NCBI GenBank assembly: GCA_964518425.1
Contig: CAZFGG010000001.1
Coordinates: 54,597-118,596, forward strand
DNA from: an uncultured Gammaproteobacteria bacterium
GTDB lineage: Bacteria > Patescibacteriota > Patescibacteriia > SBBC01 > CAIJZX01
Reading direction: 5' to 3'
DNA length: 64,000 nucleotides
Position 1 is the first letter of the stretch. The number at the start of each line of letters is the position of its first letter. The position numbers and the translations under genes were made by a program. Of the stretch, positions 40,359 to 50,584 are shown in pieces. The notes under the pieces are model-generated. The model was not told the origin of the DNA. It saw only the letters and a program-made list of their open reading frames with translations, and made no database searches.

Positions 40359-40846
40359 ATCTTCAGGATCCGGGTAATCTGGTCGCCAGTTGGCTCTTCT
40401 TCCAACTCGGTGTTTTCGAGTAACCGATCACTTAAGACCTGGCGGATTTTTATCGGATTCTGCTCCATTAAAGCGATATCAAGTGCCGGACGGATCGCGC
40501 TCTTGAAGTGGAAGTAGATTTTTTTCACCTCCGGCGGTTGGTACAAAATCCAGAATTCTTTTAATTCGTTCCAAGCATAAAAACGTTGGCTTACCTCAAT
40601 CCCTTCTTCGCGGATAGCACAGTGGACCGGCGGCGGGACACGGCGGATACGAATTAAAAGAATCAGCGAAAAGAGGACAATCAACGCGACAAACGTGTAG
40701 TTGCGACTGAAGAGCGCAATCACGATCGAGACCAGGAATACAATGAAAGCGGAAATATACCATGTCCGCGAACGGTCATGTTGTTCGAACTCCGGAAAGG
40801 TCCATTCCAGTAAGATGTCGCCCCGGTTTTGTTGATTTTCGGCCAT
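40355..40846 (-). CDS. Hypothetical membrane protein (two TMs plus PH-like domain)
   Basis: WTFPEF..HDRS..WY, two TMs, EGI...FY.W.ELKEFWI. Confidence 0.8.
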   Translation of the reverse strand: MAENQQNRGDILLEWTFPEFEQHDRSRTWYISAFIVFLVSIVIALFSRNYTFVALIVLFSLILLIRIRRVPPPVHCAIREEGIEVSQRFYAWNELKEFWILYQPPEVKKIYFHFKSAIRPALDIALMEQNPIKIRQVLSDRLLENTELEEEPTGDQITRILKI

Positions 40847-40895
40847 AGCTAGTGTATAGTCTAGCACGATTCTTGAAAGTTCAAAATCTTTCTAT

Positions 40896-40985
40896 GGAGG
40901 CGTGGCTGAGTGGTCGAAAGCGACGGTCTTGAAAACCGTTAGGGGTGCAAGCTCCTCGTAGGTTCGAATCCTACCGCCTCCGCCA
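40896..40985 (+). tRNA. tRNA-Ser(TGA)
   Basis: GGAGGCG...CGCCTCC-G-CCA; anticodon arm acggt-ctTGAaa-accgt; long variable arm. Confidence 0.95.
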
Positions 40986-41011
40986 GTAAATTGGTAAGAT
41001 ACATCTGATCT

Positions 41012-41105
41012 GGAGAGGTGGCCGAGTGGCTGAAGGCGGCAGGTTGCTAACCTGTTATACGGGGTTAAACTCGTATCGAGAGTTCGAATCTCTCCCTCTC
41101 CGCCA
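41012..41105 (+). tRNA. tRNA-Ser(GCT)
   Basis: GGAGAGG...CCTCTCC-G-CCA; anticodon loop ttGCTaa; long variable arm. Confidence 0.95.
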
Positions 41106-41205
41106 TCGCCCGCGATCGACCGTTGCGGTCGAGCGCCAAGGCGATTGAGAAACAGTGATTCGAAGGGTGACAGCAGTGTTCTAAAGAATCGCTTGCGTAG
41201 TACCC

Positions 41206-41234
41206 TTGACAAATGGGCGGCTTTGTGCTAGAGT
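41206..41234 (+). promoter_or_regulatory. Sigma70-type promoter of the NHL gene
   Basis: TTGACA(41206-41211), 17-nt spacer, TGc-TAGAGT(41229-41234). Confidence 0.65.
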
Positions 41235-41312
41235 CCCCACCGTTTTCGAATTCCTTGAAATCTTGATAGCGCATCTTTCTGATAGTCTCGTGTCTCACCT
41301 GAGGAGGTTGTC

Positions 41313-42251
41313 ATGTTTCGCTGGGCAAAGATTCTGCTATTGGTCGTCGGGTCACTGTACGCGACATCGATCACTGCCGCCCCGAAGCTGTCGTCCGTAG
41401 AATGGACGACGTTGTCCGCCACCTTCGATGGTCCGCGGGGGATCGCGGTCACCTCGAGTGGTGACTTGTTCGTTACCGATGCTCATCGCGTTCAGCACTT
41501 CGATCGTGATGGTCAGCTGGTCAACCAGTGGGGCTTCGCGCTGATCTCCCCGATCGGCATCACCGTCGATCGCGGCCGGGTCTACATCGTCGATCCGCCG
41601 AATGCCACGGTCAACGTCTTCACCGAGTCCGGCCAGCTGGTCAACCAGTGGGGCTCGCAAGGATCCGGTCCAGGTCAGTTCGACGACCCATACTTCGTCG
41701 CTGTCGATGATGACGGAAATGTCTACGTCGGTGACAACGGTAATCAGCGGATCCAGAAGTTCACTTCGGACGGGGTCTACCTGACCACCTGGGGTCTGGA
41801 TGGAACTCCGTTCGGAATCGTGGTCAGTAAGAACGTGGTTTCGGTTATGATCGCGACGGGTCATGTTCAGCAATTCACCACCGCGGGTGCCTTACTCGGT
41901 GTCTGGGCTCCGGGAAACGATCAGCTGATTGGACCCTTTGGCCTGGCTGCCAGCTCGCGTGGTGATCTGTACGTGGCCAACCGATTCGGTTACAACCTCA
42001 AGCAATTCACTGGCAACGGTGATCTCCTGGGTAGCTGGGGCAGTTTCGGAACTGGCCTTGGCCAGTTCAACCAGCCGTTTGGTGTCGCGGTCAGCCCGAA
42101 CCAGACGGTCTACGTGACCGACTGGGGCAACAACCGTGTCGAAGTCCTCAGCCACCGGTCTGCACGGCTGGGCAACAACCGTGGCGGGCCTGATCCCTCG
42201 ACCGCCATCCTGACCCCGACCTGGGGCCAGTTGCGGACCCGCTATCGCTAG
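41313..42251 (+). CDS. Exported NHL-repeat beta-propeller protein
   Basis: Signal peptide; six F..P.GIAV...G..YV.D..N.RIQ.F repeats; SD gaggagg. Confidence 0.92.
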   Translation: MFRWAKILLLVVGSLYATSITAAPKLSSVEWTTLSATFDGPRGIAVTSSGDLFVTDAHRVQHFDRDGQLVNQWGFALISPIGITVDRGRVYIVDPPNATVNVFTESGQLVNQWGSQGSGPGQFDDPYFVAVDDDGNVYVGDNGNQRIQKFTSDGVYLTTWGLDGTPFGIVVSKNVVSVMIATGHVQQFTTAGALLGVWAPGNDQLIGPFGLAASSRGDLYVANRFGYNLKQFTGNGDLLGSWGSFGTGLGQFNQPFGVAVSPNQTVYVTDWGNNRVEVLSHRSARLGNNRGGPDPSTAILTPTWGQLRTRYR

Positions 42252-42269
42252 TTCGTTCCTTGTTTCTCC

Positions 42270-42302
42270 CACCCCCATCTCGTTGAGATGGGGGTGTTTT
42301 TT
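42270..42302 (+). terminator. Intrinsic terminator
   Basis: cacccccatctc-gtt-gagatgggggtg followed by tttttt. Confidence 0.85.
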
Positions 42303-42371
42303 GGTTTTCACTATCCCTTGAAAGAACCACTCATTCGCGGTACTCTACGACTAGTGCCATTACAACACCCT

Positions 42372-45200
42372 ATGAACACCGATACGAATGTTGGAACAAA
42401 GTCGCGTGTTTCGCTCAAGTCAGGAGTGCTTGTTGTTGGCTTGGCCCTGAGCGCCACTATTTTTGGCCTGGTCCTCTTTTTGACCGGCGGCGGTGACGAA
42501 GGAAGCGGAAATGAATCAGCCCCCCTTGATGTCAGCGGCCGCTGTCCTGGACGTTTTAGCACCAATATTCGGCTGACCGGACCGATTGACTTGCCAACCC
42601 TTGATCAGGGTGCCGGCGGCGGCTGCTTTGCTCCAACTGCTGATAACCTGATTATTGATGGCAACGGTTTTACCGTTAAAACCGGCGGCGGTAATTTGGT
42701 CTACAGCGCCTATGGAGCATCACACTTGACCGTAAAAAATATTTTCTCCGACGGCGATATTTACTACTTCGGTCCGGCGGCCGGACTGACGATCGACAAT
42801 GTTTGGATCCGGGGCGTCCTCGCTGTCGGCGGTTCGGATGACGCGGTCTTCAAGAACAGTGTTTTCACTGGCAGCGTAGCCATGGATGGCGGATTACGTT
42901 TTCAGTTCACGAACAATACCGTTGATGGGCCGAGTGACCGATTAGTGAACTTTGGCGGACCCGGAACAGCCACCAGCGTTGAAGAGGCTTATCTCAATCC
43001 GCCCGAGCCGGACTCTTTGCGACAATGTTTGTTGACCCGCGACACGATTACTGACAATACCATTATTAACACGGTCGACAATAATTTTAACAACCCGCTG
43101 ACCTTTTTCTATCATTGCCGCCGTGGCGGCACCATCGCCCGAAATACAATCATCGCCACTGACGAATCCCAAGGTGTCTTTATTCGTGATGGCGCGCATT
43201 TCAATACCTTTAGTGATAATATTGTTCGGGTCAATAAAGCGACCGATGGCAATCGGGGTGCCTTCAGTGTGACGGCGGGCACGCCATTCTTAGCTTTGCC
43301 AACCTACAATACCTTCACCCGTAACGCCATCGTCGCTGACAACGCCGCGGCCATGTGGTTGCAATCGTATTCAAACAATAATACCTACACCAACAACATT
43401 GCTTGGTCAAAAACTGGGTATGGGAGCCAACTGTATGTTGGCGAAAACAATGTTTTTGACCACAATACCTTCTATACTGGTGGTAGTGGGAAGAGCGTTT
43501 TGTATGACAGCGATCCACTGAATACGGCCATTGGTTCGCCCGGAAAGAATACCGTCACGAATAATATTTTCAGTAACGCGAACGACAGTATTCTGAAACA
43601 CGACCATTCGGCTGGGTACATCGGCTACGTCGCTCACCATAACATCTATAACACCCGCAGCGGCGCCGCGAATTTTTACGGCACGATGAACCTAGCCCAA
43701 TGGAAAACCACCAGCGGCGAGCAGGCTAGCTCCTTTGAATCATCGCCGGTCTCCACCTCACTCTTCACCAATGCCGCGACTGGGGATTTTAGTCTGGCCA
43801 CGAGTTCGCCCGCCCGCGGAGCGGGGGAAAACGGGAGTGATATCGGCGCGGCGCCGCTTGATTTCAATAAAACCATCTTCCCAAATGTCACGATTTCCTC
43901 ACCGGCCAAGAATACACGCGTCGCTGGACTCGTCACGATTATGGCCGACGCGACGGACACGCTCGGCGTAACCAAAGTTGAGTTCTACCAAGGTTCCACG
44001 CTGCTTGGAACGGACACGACGGCCCCGTACTCTTTTGACTGGAACACGGCTGGTCAACCAGAAGGGCCGCAGATGCTCATTGCCAAGGCCTACAACGGCG
44101 TTAATGTCCGAGTAACGGGCAATCTCGTGACCGTTGATAATATTCCGGATACTGGCTGTACGGAAAACTGGTCCTGTGGCAGCTGGTCGGCCTGCGTTAA
44201 TGGCACGCAAACCCGAACGTGTACTGACGCCAATAGCTGCGGTACCACGCTCAACCGCCCGGCCCTCAGCCAATCCTGCACGACTGGTGGTGACACTGTA
44301 GCACCAACGGTATCTGTCACGGCCCCCAGCAATAATTCCACGGTCAGTGGCACAACCACGATCGCCGCTACCGCGAGTGATAATGTTGGCGTAACAAAAG
44401 TCGAATTTATCAAGGGCTCAACTATTCTCGCTACCGATACAACTGCTCCGTTCGCCTACAGCTGGAACACGGCCGCCGAGACGAATGCCGCCTACACGTT
44501 GACGGCCAAAGCCTACGATGCAGCGGCCAACACTGCCTCGGCGGCGGTGAATGTGACCGTTAGCAACGCCCAAAGCTGTCAAACCTGGCAATGCAGCCCG
44601 TGGGGATCCTGCGTCAACAATGTCCAAAGCCGATCGTGCAATGATATCGGCTACTGGTGCCCGGCTTTAAGTCGTCCGCCGTTAACACAAGACTGCACCT
44701 CCTGCAGTCTCTACAACCAAATCTCTGCACCAGGGGTCCAATTACCAGATGTCCTCTGTGCCCCTCGAAATAAGTGTAACGCTCAGAACCGGATTCAAGA
44801 CATGACTCTGAGTGCGACGTCAATCCAAGCCACCAAACCGCTGACCGTCACGATCAAGTACTTGTGCAATTACAACGCCTCAGACAATGTGACGCTATGG
44901 TACTTTGACGGGAAGAGCTGGAAGACGAGCCCACAACTGTACCGCGGTCCAGCACCAGCCACGCCGCTGACGAATTGTGACGGCACAACGGTTGGGACCA
45001 TCACCTATACCTTCACGCCCAACGCTGCCAACGTCAATATTCCGCAGTACGTTCGAGCGATCGAAGCCGCTGGGACAAACGTCCACGCTGACCAAAATAT
45101 TTGCCCAGACTTCGGCCTGACCGGTGAGGGGGGCGTCATGGATAAGTCGTTCACTGTCACCCCGGGCGGACCAATAAAAAATCCACCGCCGAGATTCTAA
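42372..45200 (+). CDS. Membrane-anchored right-handed beta-helix protein with two Ig-like domains and Cys-Trp (TSP1-like) repeats
   Basis: N-terminal TM; Asn-ladder repeats ending DFSLATSSPARGAG..GSDIGA; GVTKVEF...DTTAP(Y/F)..WNT twice; WSCGSWSACVNGTQTRTC. Confidence 0.85.
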   Translation: MNTDTNVGTKSRVSLKSGVLVVGLALSATIFGLVLFLTGGGDEGSGNESAPLDVSGRCPGRFSTNIRLTGPIDLPTLDQGAGGGCFAPTADNLIIDGNGFTVKTGGGNLVYSAYGASHLTVKNIFSDGDIYYFGPAAGLTIDNVWIRGVLAVGGSDDAVFKNSVFTGSVAMDGGLRFQFTNNTVDGPSDRLVNFGGPGTATSVEEAYLNPPEPDSLRQCLLTRDTITDNTIINTVDNNFNNPLTFFYHCRRGGTIARNTIIATDESQGVFIRDGAHFNTFSDNIVRVNKATDGNRGAFSVTAGTPFLALPTYNTFTRNAIVADNAAAMWLQSYSNNNTYTNNIAWSKTGYGSQLYVGENNVFDHNTFYTGGSGKSVLYDSDPLNTAIGSPGKNTVTNNIFSNANDSILKHDHSAGYIGYVAHHNIYNTRSGAANFYGTMNLAQWKTTSGEQASSFESSPVSTSLFTNAATGDFSLATSSPARGAGENGSDIGAAPLDFNKTIFPNVTISSPAKNTRVAGLVTIMADATDTLGVTKVEFYQGSTLLGTDTTAPYSFDWNTAGQPEGPQMLIAKAYNGVNVRVTGNLVTVDNIPDTGCTENWSCGSWSACVNGTQTRTCTDANSCGTTLNRPALSQSCTTGGDTVAPTVSVTAPSNNSTVSGTTTIAATASDNVGVTKVEFIKGSTILATDTTAPFAYSWNTAAETNAAYTLTAKAYDAAANTASAAVNVTVSNAQSCQTWQCSPWGSCVNNVQSRSCNDIGYWCPALSRPPLTQDCTSCSLYNQISAPGVQLPDVLCAPRNKCNAQNRIQDMTLSATSIQATKPLTVTIKYLCNYNASDNVTLWYFDGKSWKTSPQLYRGPAPATPLTNCDGTTVGTITYTFTPNAANVNIPQYVRAIEAAGTNVHADQNICPDFGLTGEGGVMDKSFTVTPGGPIKNPPPRF

Positions 45201-45215
45201 AGAGAGAAGCATGTT

Positions 45216-45845
45216 TCACCCCTTGGCCAGAGCCAAGGCGGTGATGCTTTGTACTCCTCGACGACGAAGAGCGACTGCGCATTCAGCGATGGTTGAGCCC
45301 GTCGTGATAACGTCGTCAACAAGAACAACGGACCGGGGGATTGAAGCACGTCGTGACGACGAGGCAAACGCGCCAAGAATATTCTGCCGTCGCTGGTGTG
45401 CCGTTAACAGTGCTTGCGGGGTGGTGTAACGTTGACGCGCGAGTATCTGGACAATTGGTCGGTTCATGATCATTGCCAACGCGCGACTGACCAGATCCGC
45501 CTGGTTGAACCCTCGTTCACGTTGCCGACGCGGGTGAAGCGGTACAGGAACAATAGCGTCAGCCTCAAGAGCGCCAATAGGCTCAAGCAGTATCGGCAAA
45601 CCCTCCCTTAGCCCTGACCAGTAGTGGTACTTCAGTTTTGTAACGATGTTTTGTAAGGGTAGACAGTCATATGAACCCCGAGCGACGACCTGATCAACGC
45701 CTGCGATGTCCAGTGGATTGTGAATGACTGGTTCGTTGTGAAGAATGGTTAGGCTATGTGAGCATAGCCAGGCGCCCTCGGCGCCACAGTGAACGCAGAG
45801 AGGAGGGAAGAAGGTTGGGATAATCGTTGAGAAAACAGAAGGCAT
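45216..45845 (-). CDS. comF: ComF family (Zn finger plus phosphoribosyltransferase) protein
   Basis: FPPLCVHCG..LC, VPVPLH..R..ERGFNQ and LVDDVITTGST. Confidence 0.92.
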   Translation of the reverse strand: MPSVFSTIIPTFFPPLCVHCGAEGAWLCSHSLTILHNEPVIHNPLDIAGVDQVVARGSYDCLPLQNIVTKLKYHYWSGLREGLPILLEPIGALEADAIVPVPLHPRRQRERGFNQADLVSRALAMIMNRPIVQILARQRYTTPQALLTAHQRRQNILGAFASSSRRASIPRSVVLVDDVITTGSTIAECAVALRRRGVQSITALALAKG

Positions 45846-45895
45846 GAATTCAGCGTTACCGCTGTTCGGCGGACGCCAAGCCACTGAACGACGAA

Positions 45896-48451
45896 CTACT
45901 TTTGTTTTTTGTCGAGCCGCTCGACGGTCACCTTATTTTGGTGGACCCCGACCCGAATTGTCTGACCTGATTTGACTTGGTTGCTCAACATCAGCCCCGC
46001 CAAAGGGTTTTCCACGTGCTCTTGAATAACGCGGCGGATGGCTCGGGCGCCATAGTCCGGGCTAAATCCCTGTTCAGCAATCAAGCGGCGGGCTTTTGGA
46101 GATAATGATAATTTCAACCCTTGCTGCCGCAGGCGGACGGCGACTTCCTCAATTTGCAGGTCAACAATCTTCTCGACCGAGTCAAGATTGAGCGGCTTAT
46201 AGACAATAATTTTATCCAGGCGGTTGAGGAATTCCGGCCGGAAACGCTTCTGTAAATCGGCCAGAACGCCAGCCTTGAGTTGATCGTACCGCTGATCAAG
46301 TTGCTGACGATCTTTGCTTCCGGTGACTTCAAAGCCGATCGACTGGGCTTGGTTAAACGTTTGCAGCCCAACATTCGACGTCATGATGACGATGGTGTTC
46401 TTGAAGTTGATTGTCTTCCCGATGGCGTCGGTCAGGTGGCCCTCATCCAGCACCTGGAGGAGTAAGTTGAAAACGTCAGGATGGGCTTTCTCAATTTCGT
46501 CGAACAGAACAACGGCGTACGGTTTCCGTTTGACCGCGTCGGTCAGCTTCGTCCCTTCTTTATAGCCAACGTATCCAGCTGGCGCGCCGATAAGTTTACT
46601 GATGTTGAAGCTCTCCTGGAATTCCGACATGTCAATGCGGATTAAGGCGCTCTCGTCTTCAAACACGGTCCGGGCGATTTCCTTGGCCGTCTCTGTTTTT
46701 CCGACGCCGGACGGACCGAGGAAAATGAACGAAGCAATCGGTTTATTCGGATTACTCAAGCCGACGCGTGACCGCCGGACAAACTCGGCAATGCTATGGA
46801 TCGCCTCGTCTTGACCGACGACGCGACGCTGTAAGAGTTCTTCGAGATGGAGGAGCCGGTCCCGCTCTTCTTTAATCAAGTCGGTTAATGGAACGCCCGT
46901 CATGCGCGAGACAACATCGGCGATTTCTCGCTTGGTGATTGATCCGACGAAGGCGATTGAGCCCTTACTCTCCCGTTCACGAAGTTTCTGGATCTTATCC
47001 GTCAGCCGCTCTTCTTGAGTTTTAAGTTGGAGGGCACGGTCGAACTGCTCGTGTTGGACGGCCTGGTGTTTCTGGGTATGAACGTGTTCCAGCTCCTCCT
47101 GGAATGCTCGAAGTTGTTTGGCCGCGGTCGAACCGCCCTTTCCAACCTTGACTTTAGAGGCGGCCTCATCAATTAAATCGATAGCCTTATCGGGTAAGAA
47201 GCGGTCCTGGATATACCGTCCGGACAGTTGCACGGCCGCCTCAATCGCTTCGTCTGTAATGTGGACATGGTGGAACCGCTCGTAATTCGTTTTAATGCCC
47301 TTCAGGATTTGGACGGTTTCTTCCGGGCTTGGTTCATCAACGACAACCGGCTGAAAACGGCGCTCTAAGGCGGCGTCAGACTCGATGTGCTTCTTGTACT
47401 CTTCCATTGTTGTCGCGCCGATCGTTCGGATTTGGCCTTTGGCTAGAGCTGGTTTTAACAAATTAGCCGCGTCCATGGATCCCGAGGCTGACCCGGCGCC
47501 GATGATCGTGTGCAATTCGTCGATGAACAGAATGATATTCGGGTCAGCTTTGATCTCGTCGACGATCTGTTTCAATCGCGATTCGAATTCCCCTCGGTAC
47601 ATCGTTCCGGCCACGACCAGACCTAAATCGAGCGCTAAGATTTTCTTATTCATCAGTGCTTCGGGCACTTCGCCGTGGACCATTTTTTTAGCCAGACCCT
47701 CAACAATGGCTGTCTTACCGACACCCGGATCGCCAATCAGCACCGGATTATTCTTGGTCCGGCGGGAAAGAATATGAATCACTCGCTCGATTTCTCCTTG
47801 TCGTCCAACAACGGGGTCGATGGTTTTCTGGACTTTCTGGTTTGTCAGATCAGTCGCGAAGAAGTCCAGGGCCGGCGTTTTACTGTCGCCGCCGTGCGGC
47901 CGTCCGCCGGTCGGAATAGCGACCGCTTCGTCTGGACCGACTTTGCCGGTTTCAAAGAAACCGGAGATATCAGGAAAACGCGAAGTATTCTTTAAGACTT
48001 TGAGTAGCTGTCCCTTGGCCTCTTGAGCATCAATGTTATTCTCTTTCATGATTTGCTCCAGGGTCGGGTCGCCGATTTCAAGCAACCCCCAGAACAGATG
48101 CTCCGTGCCGACGTACTTATGTCGGTAATTGGCGGCGCAGAGAACGGCTTTTTCGAGGGCCCGCTTTGAGGGCAGCGAGAATTGCAAATCAGTCATGGTC
48201 AAGGTCTGCCCGGGTTTCAGGACAGGTTCGTTGCGAACACTAATCAGATCACGTAAAGCGTCGAGTTTGAGGCCGGATTTTCGAAGAATCTCATACGCCA
48301 CTCCGCCCTTGGTTTCAGCCAAACCAAAAAGGAGATGTTCCGGGTTAACGTAGCGATTTTTTAACTCCAAGGTCAGCTCAGCCGCAAAGTTCAGCGAGCT
48401 TTTGAGGTGGGATGAAAATTTACTATAAATCTCTGGTTCCAGCTGGTCCAT
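45896..48451 (-). CDS. clpC: ATP-dependent Clp protease ATP-binding subunit ClpC
   Basis: Clp N repeats; GDPGVGKT and FIDELH; UVR-like middle domain; GPSGVGKT and LFDEIEK. Confidence 0.95.
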   Translation of the reverse strand: MDQLEPEIYSKFSSHLKSSLNFAAELTLELKNRYVNPEHLLFGLAETKGGVAYEILRKSGLKLDALRDLISVRNEPVLKPGQTLTMTDLQFSLPSKRALEKAVLCAANYRHKYVGTEHLFWGLLEIGDPTLEQIMKENNIDAQEAKGQLLKVLKNTSRFPDISGFFETGKVGPDEAVAIPTGGRPHGGDSKTPALDFFATDLTNQKVQKTIDPVVGRQGEIERVIHILSRRTKNNPVLIGDPGVGKTAIVEGLAKKMVHGEVPEALMNKKILALDLGLVVAGTMYRGEFESRLKQIVDEIKADPNIILFIDELHTIIGAGSASGSMDAANLLKPALAKGQIRTIGATTMEEYKKHIESDAALERRFQPVVVDEPSPEETVQILKGIKTNYERFHHVHITDEAIEAAVQLSGRYIQDRFLPDKAIDLIDEAASKVKVGKGGSTAAKQLRAFQEELEHVHTQKHQAVQHEQFDRALQLKTQEERLTDKIQKLRERESKGSIAFVGSITKREIADVVSRMTGVPLTDLIKEERDRLLHLEELLQRRVVGQDEAIHSIAEFVRRSRVGLSNPNKPIASFIFLGPSGVGKTETAKEIARTVFEDESALIRIDMSEFQESFNISKLIGAPAGYVGYKEGTKLTDAVKRKPYAVVLFDEIEKAHPDVFNLLLQVLDEGHLTDAIGKTINFKNTIVIMTSNVGLQTFNQAQSIGFEVTGSKDRQQLDQRYDQLKAGVLADLQKRFRPEFLNRLDKIIVYKPLNLDSVEKIVDLQIEEVAVRLRQQGLKLSLSPKARRLIAEQGFSPDYGARAIRRVIQEHVENPLAGLMLSNQVKSGQTIRVGVHQNKVTVERLDKKQK

Positions 48452-48480
48452 AGTCGTTCAATTGCCGTTCAGCCTAGCAA

Positions 48481-49410
48481 TTATTTTGAAGTTTTGTCAA
48501 GTCCACCCATCTGTCGCAATGCCTTGATTCGTTCATCAATTGGCGGATGGGTACTAAAAAGTTTTGCTAGTCCGGTCGAGACTGGACCAAATGGATTGCT
48601 GAAAAACAAATGGGCGGTGGCATGATTGGCGGAATGCAACGGTTCGGCCGTGGTGTCGCGAATTTTCTCCAAGGCTCGGGCCAATCCTTCCGGATAGCGC
48701 GTGAGCAGAGCGCCTGAAGCATCGGCCAAAAACTCGCGCTTGCGCGAGACGGCCAACTGGATCAGCTGGCCGATCAGTGGCGCCAGGATGAGGAGAACTA
48801 AGCCGACAATCATCAGGACAGCCTGCAGTTGGTTCCCATTATCGTTATTGCTCCGCCTCCGCCCGCCCAACCAGCTCCACCGCCAGAAATAGTTTGAGAG
48901 CAAGGTGATCAGACCGACCAGAATTGCGACCAAGGTCATGTACCGGACGTCCTCGTTCTTGACATGGGATAATTCATGGGCCAGGACGCCTTCCAGCTCT
49001 TCATTTTTGAGTTGTTCGACCGCGCCGACTGTCACCGCTAGGGAACTGTGTTTTGGGTCACGGCCGGTCGCAAAGGCGTTGATTTGCCGGTCGGGAATAA
49101 CGTAGATCGCCGGCGTGGGCTGGCCGTTGGCGATACATAAATTCTCGACCAGGTTGTACAGCGCGGGGCTGTCTGATTTTTGAATTGGTCCTTGGGCGCC
49201 AGCGGTGGCCAGGGCGATACGGTCACCGGCGAAATATCCGGTCAGGCTGGTGGCGGTCGCGAAGGCAATGGCAATAATCAGCCCGCCTGGCCCGGCTTGG
49301 AGCAATCGTGTGAATACCCAGCCGATCAAAACCACCACCGCCACGAAAACGATGACCAAAACGATCGACTTCCGTCGGTTGGCCGCTACGAAATCATAGG
49401 TCGTTGCCAT
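48481..49410 (-). CDS. htpX: M48 zinc metalloprotease HtpX
   Basis: NAFATG, HELSH, SRKREFLAD and THPP. Confidence 0.95.
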   Translation of the reverse strand: MATTYDFVAANRRKSIVLVIVFVAVVVLIGWVFTRLLQAGPGGLIIAIAFATATSLTGYFAGDRIALATAGAQGPIQKSDSPALYNLVENLCIANGQPTPAIYVIPDRQINAFATGRDPKHSSLAVTVGAVEQLKNEELEGVLAHELSHVKNEDVRYMTLVAILVGLITLLSNYFWRWSWLGGRRRSNNDNGNQLQAVLMIVGLVLLILAPLIGQLIQLAVSRKREFLADASGALLTRYPEGLARALEKIRDTTAEPLHSANHATAHLFFSNPFGPVSTGLAKLFSTHPPIDERIKALRQMGGLDKTSK

Positions 49411-49423
49411 CAGCGGCAACGCC

Positions 49424-49978
49424 TTAGAACTGGACCTTGACTGGTTCTTTGGCGGCTTCGTCAGTCAGCCCAAAGAATTCACGGGTGGTAAAACCGAGGT
49501 TCCGGGCGAAGACGTTGGTCGGGAATGACTGAATCCGAGTGTTCAGATCACGGACGTTGCCATTGTAGAACCGCCGGGCGGCCTGAATCTTATTTTCGGT
49601 GTCAGACAGTTCGTCCTGGAGCTGGGAAAAATTCTGACTGGCTTTCAACTCGGGATAGGCCTCAGCCACGGCAAAAAGCGTCTTCAACGTCCCGGCCAAT
49701 TGGTTTTCCGCTTGGGCTTTGGCTTGTGGTCCCTGAGCGGTCATGGCGGCCGATCGGGCGGCCGTCACATTTTCAAAAGCTTGGCGCTCATGCGTGGCAT
49801 ACCCTTTGACTGTCTCAACTAAGTTCGGAATGAGATCGTAGCGGCGTTTCAGCTGGACGTCGATATCAGACCAGGCTTCGTCCGTTTGGTTCTTGAGCCT
49901 GACTAAACCGTTATAGGCTCCCCAAATCCAGAGTAAGATGAGAACGATCAGTCCGACGATAACCCAGAGAATAGGCAT
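49424..49978 (-). CDS. lemA: LemA family protein
   Basis: YNGLV, QLKRRYDLIPNLV, EAYPELKA and ARRFYN. Confidence 0.96.
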   Translation of the reverse strand: MPILWVIVGLIVLILLWIWGAYNGLVRLKNQTDEAWSDIDVQLKRRYDLIPNLVETVKGYATHERQAFENVTAARSAAMTAQGPQAKAQAENQLAGTLKTLFAVAEAYPELKASQNFSQLQDELSDTENKIQAARRFYNGNVRDLNTRIQSFPTNVFARNLGFTTREFFGLTDEAAKEPVKVQF

Positions 49979-49987
49979 AGAGAAAGA

Positions 49988-50440
49988 TTACGAAGTAAGC
50001 AGTTTAAAAATTTTGGTGGCCGTGCAATGATCGGTCAGGGCTAAGTTGACATCCGATGCAACTTGAACCTGGTCACCCGCACGCAGCTGGTCCTGGCTCA
50101 GGTCACTCAGCCGGTCACCAGTGAGAGATTTGATGATCGTGTGCTCGTCGACGCTGACGGTGTAGAGACGATGGTGCGGTTGTCCTGAGTCATCAGTAAT
50201 AATGACATCGATGGAGAGCGCCGAGCCTTGAACTGCGGTTACACTCCCGATCATGTCTTGAAACGAACGAGGAGTAGCGGTTGGCGCGACGGTCTGCACG
50301 CGCGGGGTTCGTCGTTGATGCTGCTGGACATAGTTGACCACCAGGGCCACGACCACCAGACCAGCCGCCAGGCTCAGAACAACCCAGAACAGGCGGACCT
50401 GCTGACGATGTTCTTCGACCGATGAGGGGGTGGGTGACAT
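49988..50440 (-). CDS. Single-TM protein with OB-like C-terminal domain
   Basis: N-terminal TM; GSVTAV...VDEHTII...LRAGDQVQV pattern. Confidence 0.7.
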   Translation of the reverse strand: MSPTPSSVEEHRQQVRLFWVVLSLAAGLVVVALVVNYVQQHQRRTPRVQTVAPTATPRSFQDMIGSVTAVQGSALSIDVIITDDSGQPHHRLYTVSVDEHTIIKSLTGDRLSDLSQDQLRAGDQVQVASDVNLALTDHCTATKIFKLLTS

Positions 50441-50499
50441 AACGTGGATCAAGTATACCGTGGTCAGGAGAGAGAAGCAAAACCGGTCGCATGCCGAGG

Positions 50500-50528
50500 T
50501 TGCGAATCGAGGAGAAGTATGGTATAGT
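50500..50528 (+). promoter_or_regulatory. Sigma70-type promoter for the paralog array
   Basis: TTGCGA(50500-50505), 17-nt spacer, TGg-TATAGT(50523-50528). Confidence 0.55.
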
Positions 50529-50584
50529 ACGAGAGTCCTCTTCGGTCCAATCCTCCAAAAAAATTCATCGGAATATCTAAGGAT

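Noticed and set aside
40892-41212. ORF 40892..41212 and similar short ORFs over 39141-39544
   Set aside because: They overlap clear tRNA genes or structured repeats and are shadow ORFs.
41514-41655. 22-nt direct repeat cagctggtcaaccagtggggct spaced 120 nt apart
   Set aside because: Explained by adjacent NHL protein repeats; only two copies, so not CRISPR or a DGR template/variable pair.
43960-44470. Similar DNA segments encoding GVTKVEF...DTTAP
   Set aside because: Tandem Ig-like domain duplication; no reverse transcriptase in the window to suggest a DGR.
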